Under the pieces are notes generated by a model. It searched no databases and was not told where the DNA came from. It saw nothing but the letters and a program-made list of their open reading frames with translations. A stretch of DNA of 63,997 nt, filler included, from Perkinsus olseni (Eukaryota), in NCBI GenBank assembly GCA_013115125.1. It is 18 parts of 18 records of this genome, joined end to end, with 100 filler letters (N's around TTAATTAATTAA, not from the genome) between each part and the next. Parts side by side here need not be neighbours in the genome. Positions count along the whole stretch, not along the records: positions 1 to 3,522 come from JABANN010001387.1; positions 3,623 to 7,137 come from JABANN010001388.1; positions 7,238 to 10,739 come from JABANN010001389.1; 15 more parts are not named here. One strand, 5' to 3'. Numbering within the stretch: position 1 is the first letter of the stretch; every line of letters begins with the position of its first letter. Positions 1 to 10,605 of this stretch are shown here, piece after piece. The position numbers were made by a program, and so were the translations under genes.

Positions 1-63
1 CGCCGAAATTTCATGAAATTTTCGAAATTGAAATGTCTGAAACGTGAAATTTCACAGGGCCTA
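1..63 (-). mobile_element. Probable DNA-transposon (hAT-like) terminus inserted into gag
   Basis: The minus strand reads TAGGCCCTGTGAAATTTCACG with repeated GAAATTT motifs and an abrupt compositional switch. Its TAG supplies the premature stop of the gag ORF. The other end is outside the window. Confidence 0.45.
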
Positions 64-543
64 CATAACCCTGGCCAACATGGTGCGCTTATCTTCCTCG
101 AAGGACTGGCCCGCGGCGTTCTCCTTCCAGCACTCAAAGTACTCTCCCGTCAGGTAGCTGCCCAAGCAGGCCGCCATCTGGGAGTCAGACCACCCCACAG
201 CCAAAGCGTCGCTCTCAAACCGCCTCAACCAGACCCTCAGATCTGAAGTCCCGTCGAACTTCTCAGGCATGGGGGCCACCACTTGCATCGCCATGGGGGG
301 CTGACCAACATCACCGGAACCCGTCGCCCTAGCCGAAGTTGCACTCCCCGTGGAGTTCACCCTTGCCGACAGGCTCTCGGCCGTCTCAACCAACGCGTTG
401 TACTCGCGGGCAGTCCGCTCAGCTTCCCTTCGGGCAGCATCACAGACCCCATCCTCGGCGCCTTGAGCGTGCAATTGGTCCCACGCTCTCTGACCCTCGT
501 CTTCAACCACCCGCCTAGCGGGAATCGCTGCAGCGGGTCTCAT
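61..543 (-). mobile_element. gag: Ty3/Gypsy-like Gag N-terminus, truncated
   Basis: PEKFDGTSDLRVWLRRFE...GWSD...YLTG matches the retrotransposon capsid N-terminal pattern (P..F.G....W...FE....W). Confidence 0.75.
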
Positions 544-1653
544 AACGACCGTAAGTTAACGATGTGAACCGATCTTCGACTGTCGCGGCTGTCGAACAAG
601 GAGCTGCTACCAGAAAGCTGTTACCTACCACTACTGGAGAAACGCAACGACAATCGAAGAGTAGCCTAGCAGGCAAAAAGATCTACGAGAATGATTCAGC
701 GACTGAGTACCAATAGCAGAGGTGACAACTCACACAATCTAAATGACTGTGCGTAAGTGAGAAGAACCAATAGTCCAACCCTAATCTTCCCGATTCGAGC
801 CGTATCTCACGCTGCGGTTGCACGCATGCACGCAGCGCAAGCACGCACAATAAATAGACAAGGGCGCCGCGAGGCAAGATACAAGCGGAACGAAACAGGC
901 AAACGAAGCCAGTTTCTACCCTATGCAACTTGCAGGCGTAACAAAGTGGACTGTGGCGAAGAACACTCGTCGTTTGCGGTCGTCCATCCAGTTCACAGAC
1001 TACACGATGTGATTCGCTTCTTATTTGATACGTGAGTAGTCTGCATCATCGTCCTCATATAAGCGGAGTGCGAAACACGTAACTCTCGGAGAATAGTGGG
1101 ATTATATGCTGCTGAATTAATAGTGCTGATCGTGTAATTTACGCGGGGACGGCGTGCGGCTACATTTTGCGTGGTCATGCGCTGCATTCTTGGGCAGAGA
1201 TAATTCTCCCCCGGAGGAGAAGTGGCAAAACTAAACGACGTCCTGGCCAAACTTGAACGTCGAGTCGTTCTCTCCGAAGGTATAATACGCTTGATACATA
1301 AGTGGGGGCCCCGTGCTCAGATTCATTCGATCGTTCTGCTCCAGGTAGAAGCCGGAAACCGGGCCTGTTCAGTTCAGAATTCGCAGCCGGAGTTCTCTCT
1401 CCACATTTCCAAGTCGCCTGTCGATGGTTTTTATTATTTTAGATGGATCCAGAAAGGCCAGTCGAACATCTTCTTGGCTTGGTGATTAAGCCCTTCGCTG
1501 CCGTTCAGCCTGATAAGCTCATCGGTTGTCGTTCCAGGGAAGCAGATTTGGGACGCATGTACATCACCATCTCGGACAACAAGTATGAGGGGTCATCGAG
1601 CGGACCAGTGGTGGAAACCCAAGAGGCATTTGCCGATGTCCTCCCCTTCCCTG

Positions 1654-2652
1654 GGGCCTATTTCAAAATTCTCTTTAAAGAAGCATTTTTGAGCTTCTTA
1701 CGCGTGAAACCGCCAAATTTTGCCTTAACGGCTTTCAAAATCCTCCTTTAAGAACCTTAAGAAGGATTCTTTAAACCATTAACTTCTTGAGGTTCAAGAA
1801 CCCTTCTTAAAGGAGCCATTCATTAAGGAAGGCTTCCTGTAAGAACCTCGTTTTCACACGTTGAAATGCGTAAGAAGCTTCAAGAAGGTCATAACCTATT
1901 TCAAAAATCTGATCTTCATGAACTTTTCGTTTCAAGAAACTTAACCTACCCGGGGGTAGGTTAAAGAGAAGTTTTGACGCTTCATTCGGTGGTCTCTGTA
2001 CAAGTCGGCCGCAAAGTTCGACAAAGTGTCTCTATCCACGAGCGGTGTTGTACCCTCGAATCGAACCCGCGACCTCGAGCGTGTAAGCCAGATGGCCCAA
2101 CCAGCCGACCAAACTAGCAAAAAAATTGTGGGCTGATTAGTCATCAGTAACGATACACTCTTTCGACTTGTCTGACTTGTTAGTACTCCCGCCTTGCCTC
2201 GCACGGTAGCGAGAGAGCCACACACACGAAGGCACTATAATGGAGGGTGAACTACGAACTCCTACCCCGGGCTACACCAAGACTTGGCGGCCAAGTCTTC
2301 GGGTATATCAACACTATCCATTCAACGAAGATTATGGAATAAGCGATATTAGTATGTAGTTCATATTATGAACTTCATAGGGTGTAGCCTGCACACTATG
2401 AAGCCTTCACCGTGTAGGCTGCGACACAACACAGCATGGGCCATTGGTCCCGGGTTCGAATCCCACGTGCGTCAAGTCCCACGTCGCCTCAAATTTCCCT
2501 TCAAGACCTTCAGGAAGACTTCCTGAGATTCAAGAGGTCCTCTTGAAGGAAGCTCAAAATTTTGAAATCCGTTATGGTTCCTGAGCTCCTTCTTTAAAGA
2601 GCTTCTTAAACCTCAAGAAGCTCTTCTTTAAAGAGAATTTTGAAATAGGCCC
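1654..2652. mobile_element. PIF/Harbinger-type non-autonomous element, 999 bp
   Basis: Perfect 30-bp TIRs GGGCCTATTTCAAAATTCTCTTTAAAGAAG. A 3-bp TSD, CTG, lies at 1651-1653 and 2653-2655 (CWG target). Subterminal regions are rich in AAGAA/TTCTT. Confidence 0.9.
2047..2118 (-). pseudogene. Degenerate tRNA-Val(UAC)-like sequence inside the MITE
   Basis: The minus strand reads ...TGGTCGGCTGGTTGGGC..CTTACACGCTCGAGGTCGCGGGTTCGATTC, giving A-box-like, anticodon-loop-like and B-box elements at tRNA spacing. The stems do not pair. Confidence 0.5.
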
Positions 2653-3522
2653 CTGATCTGTTCAACAAGCTCAAGAAGGCATTTGACCCGGAGATGACGC
2701 GGCAGAAATGCATCGACCTGATCATGGACATTAAGTCTGATCGACCCGTTGGTACCCCAGTGGGTAACGGTTCTGGGGTAACCCCACCGTCGGAGGGATG
2801 GGTCAACTCCTTCGTACGTGACAAAATGGCTGAATTTTTTTAGATTGTACGCAAACGCGGAGGTAAAGTCGAAGAGTATTGAATCTCTCCATTATGCTCA
2901 TCGTGATGTCGATGTTGACAGAGAAGAGTGTTGAGTTGGCGTGATAATTCCATCCGGGACACAGGCTCGTCGAACATGAATCTTGTTCGATCGATTCAAT
3001 GTTCAAGAACTTCTTCTACGATCTCGCTCACTCGGGAACCAGACAGTGGGGAACGACGCAAGCAAGTTAGCTTCCCAGACAGAGGGGCGTGAATATACCA
3101 GGATATGGAGAGCCACGAAGGCTGATCCCAAACCAGAAAGGGGCGGCCTGGGCTCGGAAACCGCCAAGTCGAGTATCCGAGATGCTCGACATGGCTAGGT
3201 CGGACCTAGTAGGTCCATAGGGGAGCTGGCGACATGAAGACGGAGGCACCATACCGCTTAACTGCGTGACACGGGCTTTCTCGGCCGCAGGCCTACCTCG
3301 AGGCGAGTTTTTCACCGATGGAACAAAGTTCATCGGAGTATCAAAAATTCCAAGCAGAATCACATTCTCGAGCCGGATGGAGTTAATAAGCCTGAAGGTG
3401 GGGGGGGGGGGGGGGGCGCAGGGGGCGACCCGGGGTTTGCAGCCATGCCACTGCCCAGCTGCGGATAAAGTGTAGGGCTATAGTTTGCCAAGGGCCCGGG
3501 CGTACGCAAGGCATAAACCCGG

Positions 3523-3622
3523 NNNNNNNNNNNNNNNNNNNNNNNNNNNNNNNNNNNNNNNNNNNNTTAATTAATTAANNNNNNNNNNNNNNNNNNNNNN
3601 NNNNNNNNNNNNNNNNNNNNNN
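3523..3622. other. Artificial contig-joining spacer (first of 17)
   Basis: 44 N + TTAATTAATTAA (stops in all six frames) + 44 N. The same spacer starts at 7138, 10740, 14338, 17935, 21531, 25121, 28706, 32280, 35845, 39398, 42946, 46493, 50040, 53571, 57093 and 60614. The contigs between them shrink from 3515 to 3421 bp. Plain 100-N scaffold gaps lie at 34405-34504 and 56723-56822. Confidence 0.99.
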
Positions 3623-4200
3623 ATACGGTCTTCATTGAGGTCACCAACCCCGCCAGCGAGCCTGTCCGCTTCTTATCAACTTCAGGTGCGTGGACGTTTA
3701 CACTGGCCCAACAGCACTACCACTCCAATCGACGGGAGCTTGCTGTAAAGCAGTCCAAGCAGCCGTTGATGTCATTGCCCATCTTGCATCATCATTGTCC
3801 GGAGACTTGCCCTCGCTTACCCTTACGGTGCGATCGGACAATCGCAGGGCCATGGCAGCATCTCTAGATCTTCTCTGGATCGACGCGCTGTCTTGAGAAC
3901 TCTTGATGCTCTGAAGGATGCGCTCGATTATCTGAAGACTTTAGGCTCGGGAGCGATACTGAATGAGCACATAGAGGGCAAAGCCAACATCATGCCTGAT
4001 ACGTTGTCGAGGCTTTTCGACCGAGAAGTGCCATTGCAGCCATAGTCAGGCGACGATGCTCTCCATGGTGGTTCCGACAACATCGCGGACTTTCCTGAGA
4101 TATTTCCTGAGCCACAGCAGGTCTCTCGGATCATGAGATCTGAGGGGGCGCAGCTGATAGGAGAAGATGCTCATGATGTCGACATCTACACCAGCAAACT
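3623..4200 (+). mobile_element. pol: Decayed Ty3/Gypsy pol fragment (RNase H region)
   Basis: LTVRSDNR, then a frameshift, then DRRAVLRTLDAL...HIEGKANIMPDTLSRLF (the RNase H C-terminal H..G..N..AD.LSR motif). It resembles the pol at 53722-55840. Confidence 0.75.
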
Positions 4201-4201
4201 T

Positions 4202-4256
4202 GAGTGAGCAAACATGAGTATAGTTAAATGTAGCTCCCCTCGCCCCCTCTCCAATG
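4202..4256 (+). repeat. 55-bp direct repeat, copy 1
   Basis: GAGTGAGCAAACATGAGTATAGTTAAATGTAGCTCCCCTCGCCCCCTCTCCAATG; 49/55 identical to 6804-6858. Confidence 0.9.
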
Positions 4257-4437
4257 TTCAAATCCTGCACTCCGCATAGTGCTAGCCTGATTCATGATAT
4301 AACATTGGAGGGGGGCTTGCGGCGAGCGCGCAATAGAGTCATACTTCTGCGATTGACTGCAGTAGGGAAAAGATTGGCGCTGACGCGCGCGAAACTCGTT
4401 TGCTGTCTCAGGTAGGGGACAGTCCAAGCAAAAGAAT

Positions 4438-5482
4438 GTGTACTCCATAACAGCATCGCAGAGAAAAGATATACTCAGTGACTGGCAGAGGGGTCTCTCT
4501 TCAAGAAAAATCGCTGCGAAAGTCGGCCGCAGCCAGTCACCAGTCGTCGAAATGGCCACAGCACAGATAGGCAACAGAGCGAGCACTATCCGGCAAAGCC
4601 GCTCGAGGTTGATCAATGCGCGGCAACGTCGCGGTATTATGAGGCAGTTTGCTTAGACTAGGACATCCCGACCTTTTTTAACCGCCAAAGCCTTCTTCGA
4701 GTCCCATGGGTATTTTTTTTCGTACGACACTTTCCTAAGGACAATCCACAGTGAGGGATGGCAGTGCATAAGGACGCCTAGAAGGTTCTTGCAGCGCAGA
4801 GGAGACCGCCAGAAGAGAATCAAATGGGCCAGATCAATAACACAAGCCTGCCTTGGACAGCCAAGTAGAATAGCAAATTTCTTTCGCAGAGGCGTTGGTA
4901 TGTACTTGGACGGTGTTACGATCGGGTTCGACGGTGGAAAGCCGGGCTGCTGCTAGAGAGAAATCCTGGGGTCACGCTGACCATACTCCATGCGCAGTGG
5001 GCTCTTGCTTCACGATGAGCAGGAAAATCAAGTTTGTCGGCGTCTTAGCATGGAAAGAGCGCCCAATAATAACTCTTATAGCAGACAACTCAGCAAGAGC
5101 GTACGAGAACTTCCTCGGCACTGTCGCCATACCCCTGCTGCGTAGAAGAGCGAAGCGGAATAAATCTAATCGAAAAAGAAAAATGTTAGATAACTACATT
5201 GCTCCAAGAACATCTTTATGCATGAGGGCCGTTGTGACTGGGGGCTGTCGATTTCTGAACTTCCCCCCACGAAGTCCAGACTTAACATATATCGAAACAC
5301 CGTTTGGGATATTGAAGAACAGGCTAAGGCTGGCAGTAACTTCAGAGAGTTTGTGCCCCACTGAACAGTCATTCATTGAAAAGGTTACACGTATATCCCC
5401 TGCTATTGATTGGTACCTCTTAATAGAGGGCATTAGTAAGCGTCTGCAGATGGTTTTGAAAAGCAGAGAAGATCTGGTCTGA
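4438..5482 (+). mobile_element. Tc1/IS630-family transposase pseudogene
   Basis: N-terminal HTH (GLSSRKIAAKVGRSQS), KRIKWAR, MLDNYIAPRTS (cf. QDNAP.H) and FPPRSPDLTYIE (cf. WPPxSPDLNPIE). It has an in-frame stop at 4654-4656 and a frameshift. Confidence 0.85.
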
Positions 5483-5490
5483 ATTAGGGT

Positions 5491-6641
5491 GTGCTTGGAC
5501 ATGTGAAGAGAATCCTTGATGAAATACATCGAATAATGGTTTTGCCGTCGCAATTCGCTCGATACTGGGCAATTTCCGCGCCGTACGCTCAACGATAAAG
5601 TAGCTACCTGAGCAGCTACAGTTATTCCACCAAAACTGACCCTGACTCATATTTGAGTGTTGGTCGTCCCTCCATAACACGCAAGCCATCATTATTGGAG
5701 TCGACAACCACCGACAATGAAGAAGAAACGGGACAGTCTTGCCGGATTTGAAAACTCAGCGATATTTCATCATGGATAGTGGCCAAAAAGCTGCGCACCG
5801 AGCGTGCGTTTTTGGCTGCTGCTCGCCAAGAGAAAAGGGTTAAAGAATACATTCTCAATCAGAAGGAGCCTGTAAAAAATCTCCTCGCTAGAGTCTGGGC
5901 CATGGAAAATGCCGCCCAAGAAGCTGCACTCGGCAATCAGAGTCGTTGAGACAAATTACACGAGGCTGCCCAGGCCGACTGCCTATGCAACGGAGTTACA
6001 CAAACAGCCCTGGTGGAAATTTTGTCCCGTAACGGTGTGCAGATCTCTCGCTTTTCTTCTGCCATCATTAATCTGCTCAAGGTTGGCCGAAGCCGAAATT
6101 AGAATCTGGCTATAGCTGGCTTATCGACTGTGCGAAGACGTATTCAGTAAGACATTTATCCAATATCAATCGTACTTGCTCTCTTTCTTCCGGTAGCTAT
6201 CGCCTGGCGATTCTCCTTGACAGAGAGGTTGAGCTGTTCATTTTCGATGATTTTCGCTACCACCTAAGACGAACCGGATTTGCTCTCTTTGATGCCCTGC
6301 CTTTCTTCGAAGGCAGAGAAGAAATTACGATTGCTCTACCCAAGAGTAGCACTAGGTGTGATGCTACTTATGAAAACAATGCACTCGTAATCATCACGGC
6401 GCCTGGAAGATTCAACTGTAAGGATTTGAGTCCAGATGATAACGAGATGCTCAACAAGAGCTTCTGCTCGCTCTACCTGACCAATCCCGTTAAAATACCC
6501 TGCCGTAAAGATTTCCCAGGATGTGGCGCCTGTTTCGCTAAAACGATACTTTCGAACAACACTCCCACTGATGCTCAGCTGTGTGTGATTCTTTTCGTCC
6601 GTTCGCATGATATATACCCAGTAGCTGAATATTACTACTAG
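5491..6641 (+). pseudogene. Rolling-circle Rep (HUH C-terminal part) plus SF3 helicase, parvovirus-NS1/CRESS-like, decayed
   Basis: Manual translation gives HVKRILDEIHRIMV..., YSYSTKTDPD (YxxK-like motif III), GRSRN*NLAIAGL/DCAKT (Walker A), LFIFDDFRY (Walker B), FFEG, VIITA (motif C-like), EMLNKSF and CGACFAK. Stops lie at 5596, 5749, 5947 and 6100, with one frameshift near 6125. Confidence 0.75.
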
Positions 6642-6803
6642 TACTACAATAGCTTGACCATGAGCGGTGTTTTGTTGCGTTTACTCACGTTGCCTTTGAG
6701 TACTCTTGCCGAGCCCCCTCAACTATCATGCCCGACAGAACGCGTTATACTTCAGCCATCTCCACCGCCCCAACTGCTGTCGAACGCAAAAGTGAGTCAG
6801 GAG

Positions 6804-6858
6804 GAGTGAGAAAACATGAGTATAGTAAAATGTAGTTTTCCTCGCCTCCTCTCCAATG
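6804..6858 (+). repeat. 55-bp direct repeat, copy 2
   Basis: GAGTGAGAAAACATGAGTATAGTAAAATGTAGTTTTCCTCGCCTCCTCTCCAATG, 2602 bp downstream of copy 1. Confidence 0.9.
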
Positions 6859-7072
6859 CGCCGCGCAAAAATAATTATTAGAAAACTCGCTAATTTTTGT
6901 CAGTTACCAGGTGTGCAGTGCATCATCCTCTGGGTCCTCCAGGTCTGTGGCCTTGAGTGTTAGCCCTCCTCATCGATAGATGTCACGAGCTGGAGGTAAC
7001 CCCGCCGGGGAAACCCTGGGCATTAATATCTACCCGTGGACATTCAGCCCTTTTGCCTTCTGGAGTGGAAAT

Positions 7073-7137
7073 GGGTTTTTGGCGAGTTGGTTAGGACAAC
7101 GGTTTTACACGTAAGTGGCATGAGTTCTAATCGCACT
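7073..7137 (+). pseudogene. Degenerate tRNA-like sequence (Val-UAC-like loop)
   Basis: A-box TGGCGAGTTGG, loop TTTACAC and B-box-like GAGTTCTAATC. The stems are broken and the sequence is cut by the contig end. Confidence 0.4.
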
Positions 7138-8356
7138 NNNNNNNNNNNNNNNNNNNNNNNNNNNNNNNNNNNNNNNNNNNNTTAATTAATTAANNNNNNN
7201 NNNNNNNNNNNNNNNNNNNNNNNNNNNNNNNNNNNNNGTGAAGTTTTGGTATGTACGAGTTGGTGGAGTGTTGGTATGTACCGATGTCAGAGAAGTGTAA
7301 ACTGGGCAACGCAATGAACAGATAATCATAGGGCAGGTTAATGTCAATCAATCACCAACAATGTAAAGGTAAATCACTGGAGCCTAGCAGAAGGCAAAAA
7401 CACAATCTTACCGCGTGTCGACCGCCGACACCCTAATAGTAAGCATGGTACGGCTGAAGACAGGAACATGTGAGGGAAACGTGCATGCTTCGACTCGTGG
7501 GTTGGGAGGCCTACAGTAGCAGCAGAGGAGACCAGCGGCTTGCAAGGCGGCAACGCCCTTTGATGAGAGTGTATTACGACCAGCAGTGACGCGATAGATA
7601 CCGAAGTTTGTACGTCCAGCACTGAATACCAGGCGGCCAGGGAATGGGCGCCGAAGAGCAGGTGTGTGTGAGTTTATAGTCCAACGCTTATGGTTCCGGC
7701 TTGGACGCCTTCCGATGTGCCCAGTTGAAGACAGACTAACAGTGCGCGGCTCAGTCAGGAGGACGCGATTAACTTGGCCGTGTGCCGCTAGATGTCCGAG
7801 GGAACATTCCCATCGTGTTAGTATGATCACTATAACACGAGGACAGGGATTGCTAGGGAATCTTAGGTTGATCCATGCATTACACAGAATCGCGCGTGGT
7901 GCGTCCGCGCTATCACAGTTGCATGAGCTTTCCACTTTCATGGTCATCACCCTGCAACGGTCGCGCGAAGTAGCATCTGTCCGTGCCATGCATGAAGGGT
8001 AACCGATGTTGACTCAACATTGTTGAGCATGGTGATGTTTCCATCATCATCTCAGGCGTGTGCTGATCGACTTCTGCGATGACCAGGCTGGTAAGTAGAG
8101 GGCGAGCTAGTCTGAACAATAGACCCTCTTGAGGGATTTGCTTGATGATCCTATCACTCCCAGTCGCCCTGGCGCAAGTCCTGATCATTGCTATGGCCAG
8201 GCACTGAGCCCCCCAGCGACACCTCAACAGAAGGAGCTGAGGGAGACAACTGGATGGAGGCTGTGTGTTTGGTCACCCATCAGCTGATCTCATAGTCTCG
8301 CTGCTTCGTCAGTACTTGACGAGCCCAGACTGCGAGTTGGAGTCGGTGGTTGTGGG

Positions 8357-9766
8357 GTGCAAGAAGGAGTTGTATCACCCTCCGCCAGCTGGTACCATCC
8401 CCACTGGTCACTTCTGGGCAGCCTGTCTGCTACAGAAGTGAACTCGAAGAAGGAGCCGGCCGATGATGACGAAGCTGATGCTGACAGAATGGCAACGGGT
8501 ATTCACGACAGAAGGCACCTGCCGCGACGGCTGATTGTGGCAGGCCCATCACTGCGGATGAACGGTGGGCATGATTCAATCGATCACATCATATTAGTGG
8601 TGCATGGCATGGGGACAGACGATGAGAATCTGAACAGAAATCTTGAAGTTATGAGGGAGACCTTCGAGTTTGTCAGGCTTCACTGGTGGGTGAATCTTTC
8701 CTCCCGTCATTCGACGCTCTGGACAGGTTCTGGTCCATGAAGGTTGATTGCCACATTGAGATGGTCAATTGGAAGCGGCACGTGTGTGACTCCCAAAGGC
8801 GCATGTTTGAGAAGATAACGCCCCTCCGGTCGGGCGGCGAACAGCATCGGGACACTCGAATGCTCCTCAATGTGGCCATTGCTGATGTTATTTATTACAT
8901 CACGCCCGACAAAAGGGAGCTGATACTCTCTACTGTGACGGAGCTTCTCAACGAAACCGTCTCACAGCTGAGAGCATTCAACCCACAGCGATTTGCTGGC
9001 AGCCGAGTGTCGCTAGTTGGGCATTCGTTAGGAAGCGTCATCATCCATGATATACTGAACAAGCAACCGAACCTGTTGGAATTCGAAGTGGATCGTCTTT
9101 TTCTGTGGGGGTCTCCTCTGGCCGTCTTCCTGAGCATCGCCAATAGCGATGATTTGGCTGAAGAAAGGTTTGACTTGCCAAGTCGACTGGATGTGTATAA
9201 CATATTCCATGCGCACGATCCGGTAGCGTTTCGGCTGGACCCGCTGATGGCCGAGCACTATCCCCGAGAGCCGTTGGTGTTGCCCCATTGGGAGGATAAT
9301 GAACACAAGTGGGCTGTCGAAGAGAGGTCAGCCGTTCTGATGATGTCTTCAGGTCGAACAAACTGTGGCAACGTGACATCAGTGACGCCAAGGGACAGTT
9401 GTCGTGGATACAGATGATGTTCTCCGGTCTCACTGCAGAGGACCCGCCGCCCGAGGACGCACTCCCTAAGGTCTGCTCAGAAGAGGGTACGGACCGCGCG
9501 GCGGCTTCTCCTCGCCGGAGCTGGTCTGACACTCAGAGACACGCCACCGGGTCGACTACATACTGCAGGAGTCCGCCACGGAGGGCATCGTCCACTCTGT
9601 GCATCGGATGAGCATCATCAGCGCGCACTCCTGTTATTGGAGTAGTCGGGATTTGGCGATGTTCATGCTGAAGGTGTTGGCTGGTAGCATTGCCGCTTTT
9701 GCTGCTGTGCGATTTGAGCATTATTGGGCCAGGTACCGACCCAACAGCACCGCTGTACATGGATGA
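8357..9766 (+). CDS. DDHD-domain intracellular phospholipase A1 (multi-exon; further 5' exons probably in 7400-8350)
   Basis: IDHIILVVHGMG, lipase motif GHSLGS, LFLWGSPLAVFL, YNIFHAHDPVAFRLDPL, and RVDYILQE...SAHSCYWSSRD. Boundaries are approximate. Confidence 0.88.
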
Positions 9767-10383
9767 TGAAATGTCCACTCGATGACTTCAACCAACTTTC
9801 TGCGTCTAGGGAGAAATTCTGTGTCCGTCTCTATGTATGCTTGGCGACATCTTCAACTTACCACACCTGCGAGTCATTTATGTTGCACCATGAGCAGCAA
9901 CCACAGTTGAGTGTATGATTTACTCGATGAGTGTTGCGTTGAGTGAGAATATCGCTCGATCTTTGAAGGCAGCCGCTGGTGAACGTCGTTAGCGTGGTAG
10001 TCAGGTGCTGTTCCGTTAGTATGGCTATTCAGAAACTTCGTCAGGATATGACTTCCGTTAGCTGGCTGACTGCACCGCTCTTCATAACGTGAGCTTAGCG
10101 TGTGTGAGGTTAGCCTGCTGCCAGACATCCCAAACATGTTACTCGGGTATGGCAGTAGCGCTCGCCTTTGTGTGATTGGGACATTCTATGCGTTTCATCT
10201 TTGCATGTTCATTGTTGAAACCGCCCATTGTTCATTGTCGATTACGCTTAAATCGTACGTCTTCTGTTAGATTCAGTGACTGATATTTCAAATTTTTCGC
10301 ATTCGGCGACCCTCTCCATGGTTCTTCCTGAGGGTGCAGTTGGCGTTTCATAGTTGAAGGCTTCACTCCTGTTCTGCTAAGTA

Positions 10384-10605
10384 ATGTTCGTCTACACCAT
10401 CCTCGCCATCATCTTCCTCCTGGCCCACTCCGTCCAAGCCTCGGGCTCTGCCTTTGTCATTGCCGATAAGCTCCTTCGCGCCAGTGGAGACCATTGCCAA
10501 CGTATTTGTGATGAGCGTCCCGATTGCATCTTCAGCTATTGTGGAGAAGACAAGAAGTGCCACAACCTCCACGAGGTCGGCTCAAACGATGAAATCCCCT
10601 GTTGA
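10384..10605 (+). CDS. Small secreted cysteine-rich protein, 73 aa
   Basis: Hydrophobic signal peptide (MFVYTILAIIFLLAHSVQA) and six Cys in C-x3-C-x5-C-x2-SYC-x5-C-x13-C. Single exon with clean ATG and stop. Confidence 0.8.
   Translation: MFVYTILAIIFLLAHSVQASGSAFVIADKLLRASGDHCQRICDERPDCIFSYCGEDKKCHNLHEVGSNDEIPC

Larger units (their letters stand above)
1443..2843 (+). pseudogene. Hypothetical protein exon interrupted by a MITE
   Basis: Removing 1654-2652 and one CTG copy restores a continuous frame: ...EAFADVLPFP|DLFNKLKKAFDPEMTRQKCIDLIMDIK... The product is unrecognised and further exons are likely. Confidence 0.6.

Noticed and set aside
544-943. Possible 5' LTR and primer-binding site upstream of gag (TGTTAC at 943; TGGTACTC near 710)
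   Set aside because: There is no second LTR in the window and the CA-to-TGG spacing is atypical, so boundaries cannot be supported.
5596-6102. In-frame stops in the Rep gene as evidence of an alternative genetic code
   Set aside because: All three stop types occur together with a frameshift, and host genes in the window end at standard stops. Ordinary pseudogene decay explains it.
6620-6639. GAATATTAC matching the CRESS nonanucleotide NANTATTAC near the end of the Rep relic
   Set aside because: Only a 5-bp stem surrounds it and a 7-base match is common by chance. It is not accepted as an origin without intact copies.
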